Part shown: one piece after another, positions 24,870 to 35,107 of the stretch
How positions within the stretch are numbered: the stretch's first letter is position 1
How the letters are laid out: each line of letters starts with the position of its first letter
Source: Nemertoderma westbladi
Taxonomy: Eukaryota; Animalia; Xenacoelomorpha
Assembly (NCBI GenBank): GCA_032718475.1
Contig: JAUCBJ010008872.1
Coordinates: forward strand, 1-44,822
DNA length: 44,822 nucleotides
Direction: 5' to 3'
Notes under the pieces: generated by a model
The model's input: the letters and a program-made list of their open reading frames with translations, nothing else
Database searches by the model: none
What the model was told of the DNA's origin: nothing
Made by a program: the position numbers and the translations under genes

Positions 24870-25965
24870 TCTGAGAACTTGTCATCATCAGAATGGAGTA
24901 AAAAGTGATGTTTAAACCAACACTTAAGAACACATCACTTCAGAGTAACACTTGTGCTGTTGGTGTCCAGGTTGTAAACATGTAAACAATTATAACAAAG
25001 TCTCTTTATCAAAGGCTATCTTCCTCCTATCCTTCAGATCTTTCCTTAGGAAAGAGGTACACTTACTTACCGGGTGTGTTTCCCCACCTAGCACACATTT
25101 GATAGTCTTAAGGTTCGTCAGTTTGGGCACAATAGTATTTTGGGATTTAGAAGTTTCTACTCCTTTCTGAAAGGATATCAATTTAGGGGAACTAGGTGTC
25201 TTACTATGTTCTCCCTTTGACTTACCTGTTGGTTTGGTCTTTCCACAATTCTGTGAAAAGTACACTTCCGAAGTATCCTCCTCTAGAGAAGTTTGACTAT
25301 CATAATCCGTATAGCACACTGGCATGGACCTACGTCTTGTTACAGTTTTCTAGCTGTCCTTACCTTCAAAGTTCTTCTCTCGAGATTGCCTCAATAAATG
25401 CAGTTTAACTTGCACAGAAAGGAAAGCTAGGAGGTCAGCTATGGTTGGTGTCTTCTGCTGTTCTCTGAAGGTTAGAACCTTTTGGTCCCATATATTCCCT
25501 ATGTTACATTTAGGCAATGATCCAGCTATGGCACCTACAACCATAGAACTTTAATACTCGGCAGATTGCCCTAACCAATCCAGCTGTCTACAGATCTGTT
25601 GGATGTCATCGGAAAATTCTATCAGCCCTGTATTCAATACCTTTCTCAGTGCTATTAGTTTAGTATAAAGGTATCTAGCTATAACAGTTTTATCACTGTA
25701 CCTGAGTTTTAGGTTCTCCCAAACTTGACTTAATCTGTCTGGATGTTAGGAGCATCCTCTAAACATTCAGTGAGGAATCTAAGTTTCTCACCATCCAATA
25801 ATACAGTTTTTACAAAGTTTTTTATATTATCTTTATAATATTCGTTGAATGATAACCACTTCATTTCATCCACATTGAATTTGACTACTTCCCCCACAGA
25901 CACTGCTTGTCTCGCTTCTGTCCTCGCCATCTGTTGGGTGAAACTTTCTTGAGCTATAGTCTTGA
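24870..25965 (-). pseudogene. Decayed BEL/Pao gag (DUF1759-like region plus zinc knuckles)
   Basis: KFNVDEMKWLSF...DGEKLRFLTECL; CVLGGETHPVSKCTSF...RRKI; CLQPGHQQHKC; multiple stops and frameshifts. Confidence 0.75.
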
Positions 25966-26099
25966 GTTACAGGATTTCTAGAATGCAATATTTTTCTTAT
26001 ACAGGTAGTTAGGTTTATCTAATGAAATAATAGTTAGGTTTATCTAATGAAATAATACAATTTTTTCAATGTTTGTGTTTCGGAATGATAAGTTTATTT

Positions 26100-27038
26100 T
26101 TATATTCCCAATAGTGCAATTGTTTTTTGTGCTTCTATTAGTTCTCGATCGTACGGTCTAATATATCGTTCGTAGCATGAGCTGCGCCACCTTCCTAGCT
26201 TCTGTATGATGGTAGTTGGTAGACCCGCTCTGGACGCTTCTGTGGCAAGTCCTGACCGGAAACTGTGACTCGAGTATCCTGGCCCTAAAATATCTCTAAC
26301 CATGCAGTTCACTTTCTGTGCGCGCAATGGTATACCTTCGCAAAACATGAACAATTTCATGTTTGGTAACATCACGGAGTCCCGGTATCTAAGGTAAGTT
26401 TTGACACGTTTATGTGGACAAAATGCACCCCCTACCTTTGCCACTGGAAAGACGTGACCACTCATGGAAGTTTTGGATCGCTTTAACTTAATGGTAATCA
26501 GATGACCTGTTACAACAACATCGGATCTATCCAGATTGACGTACTCAGACACACGCATCCCACTAAAGAAAGCTAAACAAAAAACTGCGTAGTGCATTTG
26601 TTTGTCTAGCCTTTTTATATCCAATCTCGAGATACCATCTAGAAGATTTTGCAAATGTTGTAGAGATATTGGTTTGGCAACAATTGAAGGCGCTTCAACT
26701 GACTCAGCACCTCGTAACATTCTGTAAGTGTTTACATTGTTTATTTCTCCCAAGACACCCGTTACCATAGCGACACTTCTAATCCCGGATAGAAACGACC
26801 GTATTGATGACGCACGATATCCATTGAAATGCGCCAGGATAATGAAAGTTTCTATTGTTTTATCATTGACTGGAACTGCATGTATGTGAGCCAACGCGCA
26901 GTATAGTTTGTACTTTTTCCACGCTCTGTCATATTTCTCATTTGTTGATTGTCTGAGGCCTTTGTTGGATAGCACAGCCACAGCTAATGGTATGATTTGA
27001 CCAATGTCAGACATGATATTACTATTTCCTTTGGACAT
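26100..27038 (-). CDS. Tyrosine recombinase (DIRS type), intact, 312 aa
   Basis: STNEKYDRAWKKY N-terminal domain; catalytic set R (GMRVSE), K (RSKT), HxxR (HSFRSG), W (LGRW) and Y (YERYIR). Confidence 0.95.
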   Translation of the reverse strand: MSKGNSNIMSDIGQIIPLAVAVLSNKGLRQSTNEKYDRAWKKYKLYCALAHIHAVPVNDKTIETFIILAHFNGYRASSIRSFLSGIRSVAMVTGVLGEINNVNTYRMLRGAESVEAPSIVAKPISLQHLQNLLDGISRLDIKRLDKQMHYAVFCLAFFSGMRVSEYVNLDRSDVVVTGHLITIKLKRSKTSMSGHVFPVAKVGGAFCPHKRVKTYLRYRDSVMLPNMKLFMFCEGIPLRAQKVNCMVRDILGPGYSSHSFRSGLATEASRAGLPTTIIQKLGRWRSSCYERYIRPYDRELIEAQKTIALLGI

Positions 27039-27399
27039 CTACAGGACTACCTTTCGACATGGATAATGAATTACCAGTATGAGTTAGAAATTTTAAAGAT
27101 GTGTTTATTTACATGCATATAATGTTTATATTCAACGCATAACAGCTGTGATATAGTACATAACACAAATTTAAAGTCCTATAGTCTGAATAATATAGAC
27201 ATTAAAACTAAACATAACTAGATATGAAACACACCGAATACAGTTAGACCATGCATAATAACAATTCATCAACAGATTATTAATACCTACTCAGAGGTTT
27301 ATTTATAATTGAGTGGGTACGCAATGATAGAACATGACTTGTAGTAATATATTAGGTACTTTCTCTTGTGATTATCTACTCCAGTTAGTAGGGAAAGCT

Positions 27400-28512
27400 G
27401 GGTGCTTACCCCTGCTGTATGTATTGATTCCCAAGAGCTTTCTTTGGCTGAGTCTTGATTGTGGGTATATACGCCCTATCGTGGATAGAGGATCCTGACT
27501 GATAGGCATTGTCATCTCTGCTGCGTTTACTATCAGGTGCGTTATATCCGTCGTTACATGAGCTACTTGTCTCTTGAATGTCCGAATCATCAAAACGACG
27601 ACGACGGCTTTCCGGAAGCTGTCTGACATGCTTGGACGTGGCTTGTTGAAACCCTTCACAGCTTCCCAGCGTACACAGCTACCTAGGTGCTGTTTGTCGC
27701 AATTCCTACAGTGAGACATATAGTCATTTCGAAGCGGGGTTCTAAGTGTAAGAGCGCCCCCATTCTCCCTTTGTTGCCTGAACATAGAGTCGATGGTCTC
27801 TATCCATTCTTTGAATATACCCAAAGGAATAAATCGGAGCAATCTCCAGAATGTGACGGTAGTACGTCCATATTGAAGCTGAATCCTCAGGAAACAACTC
27901 GCTTTTATAGCTACAGAAGAGCGCTAGACAATTGAGGAGTGACCCTGTCGATTCAAGTTCGGCATTCTTGCCAGGTTTCCCATTGGTCTCATGGCGCTCC
28001 GCCAGTTCAGCTAAATTCACAAATTTATGTTGCACACGTAATTTGTCTATAATTGCTTCATCTAAAGGTCGTGTGCATGACAGAATTGCAGGTAAAACCA
28101 CCTTTGACTTAATCTCAATAAGGCCTGAATTTTCATGTGTCTGAATGTTGCCAGCTGTATGGCCTCCATTTGCGACTTTAACCATTAGTTCCACCAGTTT
28201 ATTTAGAGCGGAGGTTTCGTTTAGCTGTTGCAGATTAGCTGCTGAGTGAATAGAATCGATATCTCCACTCGTTGATGCCGCTTGAATTGGCAGGAACATT
28301 TTTAGTCCATCCTTTGACTGACCCATTTCATAATGCACTCCCGTGATTGTTAATGGTTGATCTGTTGTTAATTTCGATAAAACGTCGGTGGTCAGTGAGA
28401 TTTTCTCCCATACTTTCTGATTAGAAGTCTGATTTATAGCCAACTTCTGCCACTCACCGGACTGTAGAGTTTGGCAGAGAGATCCCACCGGATATGAAAC
28501 ATCAGGATTCAT
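27400..28512 (-). CDS. Ngaro/DIRS Gag-like protein with a C-terminal CCHC knuckle (frameshift in a G5 run near 27758)
   Basis: IIDKLRVQHKFVNLAEL...LFCSYKSELFPED...YYRHILEIA...MDRDHRL...WG resembles the Ngaro gag core. HCRNCDKQHLGSC follows in the adjacent frame. Confidence 0.7.
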
Positions 28513-28704
28513 AGTTCATGAATATATATCAATTATTATGTTATATATAATATAGCTGTATATGTAGCTTCTCACATATCGCTGTGTATACCAAATACCA
28601 GAATAATGTAATATGAATATATGTGTAATAAAACTATTGTTAGACAGAGGTGAAACTAGTTAAACACAAGGTGATATTATCAAATCGGAAATTAAAGAGT
28701 GTAA

Positions 28705-30524
28705 TTACTTGGTGCTATCCTTAGGGGTTAGCAATTTTTTAATGTGTTTCCATTCCTGTAAAACTACAGTTGGTTCGTCCTCCATTTGCGGAAACAGTCG
28801 TTTAAACGAATCGATCTTTAATCTGCTTAGCAGATCGGGTCCTAAATTGTCATGGGATCTGATGTGTTGGCAGAAAATCATAATGCCGTATCTAGTACAG
28901 ACTTGCAATAAATATCTAATCAAATCCATGAGGTAGTTATTGCTTGATGCACCCTTGACCATGGCATTCAGGACTGTTTCACTATCACTGTGTAGTAGCA
29001 GCCGTGACCCTGTAAAGGCACGTCCAAATACTGCAGTAGCTAACACAATGGCAGCCATTTCCTTAATGGCTATTGGATATCCACTCACTATGTCATCCGA
29101 AAGCTGTAATGCAAACCATTGTTTGCTATGAACCGCTCCTAGCCCATAGCCTGAAGCATCGGTAGCCATATTATGTTGGCTAGGTTTAATCATGACAGGG
29201 TTCTGTAAAGGTGCCCTATGTTGCTCTACACAGTCCAGAGCCAACTTCCAATAGTCAAGGTCTTCATGCAAGTTGTCTGGAATGCTAATCATCTTTTGCT
29301 GATGTGGAACACATGTTGCATCTATCAACCTCCGCAGGAATGTCCTACTTGCACATACTGCTTTACATAAAAAAGAGAGCCGACCTATAAGGCTCTGCAA
29401 TTCTCGCTTGTTAATCCGTGCTCCTGGCGCCATGGTTGAAAAACGCTGGATTTCAGAATTTGCCCTTTCTTTCTTATCATCAGGTATAAAAATTTCATGG
29501 TTGACGTGTCGATGCCTATACCAAATACAATTTGATGTTTAGCCGGACGGAATAATTTATGTTCATTTAAAGGTATGTTATATCTACTGAACAAGTCTAT
29601 GACCATGTCTAAAATGTGGTCTGCAAGGGCAGGCACATCTACTGTAACTATGATAAAATCATCTAAAAGATGATCGACGTCTGCTACTGATGCAAGTGAC
29701 AACTCTCTTTGTTCAGTTGCAAGTAATTTCATATGTTCAGCAGGGCAGTTCGTCTCAGAAAGACGCTCATAAATGACGTTTCTCACCAGGGTGCTATAGT
29801 TCTGGAATATCCGACTGGCAGATCTTAACCCGAAAACTAATCTAGTATAAACAAAATAAAAATCTCGCCACTGTATACCTAAGAGATGCCAGTCTAATTT
29901 GGAGACTGGGATAATCTTAAAGGTATCCTTAACGTCCAACTTGGCAATCAGTGCGCCATCACCTGAACTAATTATGTTTCGAACAATCGTATTGATTGTT
30001 GTATATGACACAGTGGAATCCTCATCCGAAATAAAGCTGTTGACAGTTCCTTTTCTATCATTGGAGAAGTCTACACACAGGCGGGTCTTTTTGCCTGGAA
30101 TTTGACTGAGGGTCAGAGGATTAATGACATTTAGAAAAGTGTTGGTTGTAATGTTTGGTAGGGTCAGAAAAGGTCCTTCTAGGTATCCAGAGTTTACTTC
30201 CTTCGCAATAATGTCATCAACAATCTGTGAGTTGTCGGTGGCTGACTTGTTGTTCTTGCGATGTATGTAAGTGTTTCGTGGCCCATTATACCCAATACGC
30301 ACACCTTGGCGTAACTGTTGCATTAATTCTGAAACCTCTTGCGATGGAAACGTAAATCATCCTCAAGTTTGTCTACATTGATGGGAGTAGATGGGTGTTT
30401 TTCTATGATGTAACTGCCTTTTCGTATTTTCAAGTGTTGAAATGCCTCTGACGCTATGTTTGATAGATCGTTTTGATCTATGTAATAAATAACGGTCAGC
30501 CACTGTTGAACTCGTGATATCCAT
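28705..30524 (-). CDS. Reverse transcriptase-RNase H (DIRS type), split by small frameshifts (~30460, ~30355, ~29492)
   Basis: TPINVDKL, GVRIGYNGP, GYLEGPF, AKLDVKDTFK, RLVFGLRSA, HLLDDF, LQSLIGRLSF; RNase H motifs TDASG, IAIKEM, HSDS, NLGPDLLSR. Confidence 0.93.
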
Positions 30525-30689
30525 TATCATATAATCATTTTAAAAGTCCTATAGAACTAGACTTATAATATCTGATAGCTCTAACTGTTAGTCGCCTACT
30601 GGTAACTATCTCTATAGCTGTACTTATTTTGTATGCCAATATGCACTACTGCACTAAATGACTACGCAATATATCAGTGCGCTTCAAGT

Positions 30690-31745
30690 ATTATTTTCAA
30701 ATAAATGACAGTAACTCAGCTTCAGTAATACTACAATAGGGCCCAAGTACTGTCCAATATTTTCAAGGCAACAGACCCAAGTCCAATAAACTACAGTTGT
30801 TGGATGCTTGAAAGTGCAGAAGTGCAACAACTCAACTTGTGCAACAGGCTGAAGTTCAGTGAAATGGTTGGTAGACAATGCAAGAAGTCTACTTGTCTGA
30901 CTCATGTCCAATAGTTGACAGTGCAATAACTGAATAACTCCTTGGTAAACAGACAAGTCAGCAAGTTTTGTCTATTACTTGACAGTGCAATAATAATAAT
31001 TGCATAGTTGTGCAACAGGCCCGAGTCCCCTGGAATAGTTGGCAGTGCAATAGCGTCACTTTGCTCTTGGACAACAGATCCGAGTCCTGTCTAATAGTTG
31101 CATCACAATATAACTCCACTTGGGAAACAGGCCCGAGGTCTGTCAAACAATTGACAGTGCAACAACTCCACTCGCTCATCCAAATACTTAACAGCGCAAT
31201 ACTGCAATAACTCCACTGGCTAACTGGGGCAACCGACCCAAGTCATGTCAAATGCTTGACAGTGCTCTAACTCCACTTGGACAACAACTCCAAGTCCTGT
31301 CAAATAGTTGACAGTGCAATATATCTACTTGGTCAACAGACCCAAGTCCTGTCCAATACTTGACAGTGCTATAACTCCACTTGGAAATCAAATTCAAGTC
31401 CTGTCCAATACTTGACAGTGCTCTAACTCCACTTGGACAAGAAACCCAAGTCCTGTCATATGGTTGACAGTGCAATATCCACTTGGTCAACAGACTCAAG
31501 TCCTGTCCAATACTGTGCAGCTGTGACAGTGCTCTAACTCCACTTGGACAACAGCTCCAAGTCCTATGCCTAATAGTTGACTGTGCTCTAACTCCACTTG
31601 GACAACAAATCCAAGTCCTGTCAAATAGTAGACAGTGCAATAAATCCACTTGGTCAACAGACCCAAGTCTTGTCCAATAGTTGACAGTGTAATAAATCCA
31701 CTTGATCTACAGATCCAAGTTGTGTGTAAATAGTTGACAGTCTGA
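30690..31745. repeat. ~52-bp tandem array of self-complementary units (~20 copies), more degenerate toward the left
   Basis: ttgacagtgctctaactccacttggacaacaactccaagtcctgtcaaatag. Confidence 0.92.
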
Positions 31746-31944
31746 CTGTGAGCAGTGGCAGAGTAATAAATGCGATCACAACGCAATGTTTACTTATCGT
31801 GTATTTACAATATATGGAATGTGTCAGTACAGCAGTATGTGTGTGTGTAAATACAATACGGAGTGGCCTACGCATACACAGGCTGTATGCAACGGGTATG
31901 CGCGTGGTATACTGTAAACGGTATTGTACGAGTAGGTATATAGC

Positions 31945-34900
31945 TTCCATCCATTGCGAGAAGGAGGCGATCTGGGTCAAACTACTAGGATATGACTCGT
32001 TTATCTTTGGGGGATGCTATATCCCACCATCTTCATCGACATACTACGATATATCGCAGTTTGCTATGTTGCAGGGTAGGATACACGACGCCCCGGAGAA
32101 ATTTATTTTTCTGCTAGGTGATATGAATACACGTCTGGGGGACCTATCTGATTTTGTAACTACAAACAGCGATTTATCGTATGGTAAACCAAGTGACTCT
32201 GGAGTCAATAGCAATGGGAAACTTATGCGTAAACTATGTATGGATAGCCATATGATTCCCATAAATCACCTGTGTTACAACAAAAATCAATTCGGTGGAG
32301 GGTTATCCTATCGTCAGCGAGATGTATGGAAATCTGAGGTTGATTACGCCTTTTGTTCACAGCAGTCTGTTAAGTTTATTACATCATTCAATGTACTGAA
32401 CAATGAACATCGTTGTTCTAACCACGCACCTATTTGTCTAGAACTGAACCTGATGCCTGAAGATGCAAATCTTACGTTGCTAAGTACTGCTACTGCGGAA
32501 ATTGCACGACTCGCAGGGTTACTTTCACCGAAGCCCCAGTTCAGACAATCACACGGTAAACAGACAAAGTGTGACCGAGTTAGAAAACCGATAAATTTAA
32601 GATCAATTGATGCTATTAAATTACAGACAAAACTTTTTACTTTGACCCCTCCACCTCTAGACTGTACCATATCTATAGACAGCACAATGGACGCATTTAC
32701 AACGGCTATTTATCACGCTGCCAATGACTGCAAACAAATAAACCAACAATCAAATGTACACACTATGCATCGTAGTGGCAGCTGCGTATCAGTGTCCACA
32801 GACAGATGGACAAATCTGATGGAAAACGGTGACCAAAATAAGTTGTGGACGGCAATAAACTGGAAGGGCTCAGTAATTACAGAAATGAATGAACAACCAA
32901 GCGATGAAAACTTTAAGAATCACTTTGAGTCTCTGCTTAATCCTTCAAATACACAGCAACTACCTACTATAAATATAGACAGCCAGCCATTTGTACCTGT
33001 CCTAGATGATCCGATTTCAGACAAAGAATTTGCGGAAGGATTGGCTTCTATGAAACCTAACAAAGCACCAGGACCCGATGGTGTGAGTCCAGGTATTTTA
33101 AAACAGTTGCCGGCGTTTTGGCTAATATTCCTTATTGGATTATTTAATATAATTTTCAATTTGGGCAGTATTCCTTTTTCTTGGACATTCACTAAACTAT
33201 GTACGATATTCAAGTCAGGTAGCATCATGGATTGCGGCAATTATCGCGGTATAAGCGTACCAGATGCAGTGTTTAAACTATTTGATATCATATTTAATAA
33301 ACGGTTGATACTCTGGTTTATACCTAGGAGAGAACAAGCTGGTGGTCAAGAAGGACGTAGTTGCCAGGAGCAGGTATTAGCTCTAAGACTGTTGATCGCG
33401 TTTGCAAAGAAAACGAAACAGAAACTTTACATAATCTTCATAGATTTTAGTAAGGCATATGATAAGGTACCGCGGTCAGCTTTAATCGAGGAGCTGATGA
33501 AACTTGGTTGTGGAGGAAAATTTATAACAATTATTATTGCTATTTACAAATCTACTAGTCTTATCCTCCGATCTGCAATTATATGTGTATCTGCTGGCCT
33601 TAAACAAGGAGGTCCAACCAGTGTAACGCTTTTTATCATCTATATAGATAGATTTATCCGTAATATAAATGCTACATTCCAACAAGATGGATTCCTTGGT
33701 GCGTTAAACTGTTTATTATTGATGGACGATACTGCAATTGTGGCAACGACTCGGTCTGTCTGTGAAGAAAAATTCAAAGTTATGTTAGATTTTTGCGACT
33801 CCTCTGGCATGGTGATTAACCAAAGCAAGACGAAGTTGTTAATAATTAATGGAAGTGCAGATGACGGTCAAGTAATGGAAGTGCGGGACATCGCTGTCAA
33901 GAGAACTAATAAATATGTTTACCTTGGTTGCATTATTACTGCAGATGGAAAACAAACATCTATATTAAAGGAAACAGCTACGATGAAACAAAAGCAGGTG
34001 TTAAAGTTCTCGTCATTCATTCAAACCAATACTGATATGCCATTTATAGTAAAAAGAAAAGTAGCAGAGGCTGCTCTTTTCTCATCGATTCTATATGGAT
34101 CGGAAACATGGTTAACAACAAACCTCAAGGTGATTAACACCATGTACATGCAAATAATCAAGCAACTCCTAGGAGTACGCCAAACTACGCCCAACTACTT
34201 ATGTCTAATAGAACTAGGTATGGAGCCTCTGTCCGTCCTTATTGCTGAAAATCGTCAACGGTTTTATTGGAAGGCAAAATCCAACCTTCCCATCGAGACT
34301 CCTTTACTGCAGGCTTTGCAGATATGTTGCAATGTTTGCACGGAAGAAATGTCACTTCTGGAGGGAAACGAACAACATGGCAGTAATGGAGGTAAATGTT
34401 TAAAAGAAATAGTCTCTGATGTCAGGTCGATGGTAAACACGAGGGCTACGACGTACCTAAAAATAAACCCTCAACTAACAGTCCATCCAATATACTCTAG
34501 TAATAACATTCCAGAACAGTATAGAATCGCATTTACGCAACTGAGGCTCTCCTCACATCGTTTAAAGGTTGAAGTGGGTCGATGGAACCGTCCACCAACA
34601 CCGCGAGATCAGCGCTTGTGTGTTTGTGGTTTAGTTGAGGATGAGGAACATCTCGTATTCCATTGTTCTCTACCAGAGCGAACTACGATTCGGTCGAAGT
34701 ACACATTAACTGTGAATAACTTACAAGATTTAATGGCGATTACCAACCCAAATGAAATAAAACAAATAGCAGAACTTATTTACCGTCTAAAGCAAACCAT
34801 TAAGAGATGATAACTTCCCTTAACATGATAATTATCTTAATTATAATAATTGATTGCAATAATATAGCTAGTATATACATATTGGCACTTCTAATGATGT

Positions 34901-35107
34901 AGAATAATTAATAATAATAATATTTGTGCTATATTTTCCATATAGTTTTAGTTTTATTTTAATTACGTACACACGGTTAATATTGGATTATCAAACAGTA
35001 GGGTTATTGTTAAATTTGTGGAAATTTTGTTTTCTATTGCTGAAGATAAACCAAATGTTAAATGTAATACAGGGCAGGTGATATCCTGCCAACTAACTAA
35101 CTAACTA
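31945..35107 (+). mobile_element. 5'-truncated non-LTR retrotransposon (APE-RT-CCHC; RTE-X/Proto2-like), ORF open to 34810, with a (CTAA)n tail
   Basis: YIPP, GDMNTR, NSNG, VDY, SNHAPI; KAPGPDG, NYRGIS, FIDFSKAYDKV, GLKQGG, LLMDD, YVYLG; LRLSSHRLKVEVGRW...CVC...EDEEHLVFHC; aactaactaactaacta at 35091-35107. The ORF start at 31748 is probably a chance extension into flanking DNA. Confidence 0.92.

Larger units (their letters stand above)
26000..30540 (-). mobile_element. Tyrosine-recombinase retrotransposon (DIRS order, Ngaro-like) with gene order RT-RH / Gag / YR
   Basis: Co-oriented DIRS-type RT, RNase H, Gag-like and YR ORFs; no methyltransferase; ends not resolved. Confidence 0.88.

Noticed and set aside
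26008-26058. Terminal or split direct repeat of the YR element
   Set aside because: It is a 25-bp local tandem duplication with no second copy found elsewhere in the element
26100-27038. Phage integrase, bacterial contamination, or a stand-alone Crypton
   Set aside because: It has DIRS-type LGRW...Y motifs and is co-oriented with a DIRS RT/RNase H in animal DNA
30690-31745. CRISPR array
   Set aside because: There are no unique spacers, no cas genes, and the context is eukaryotic; the units are whole-length homologous
31748-31945. True N-terminus of the LINE ORF
   Set aside because: It lacks the early APE motifs and reads as flanking DNA that is open by chance
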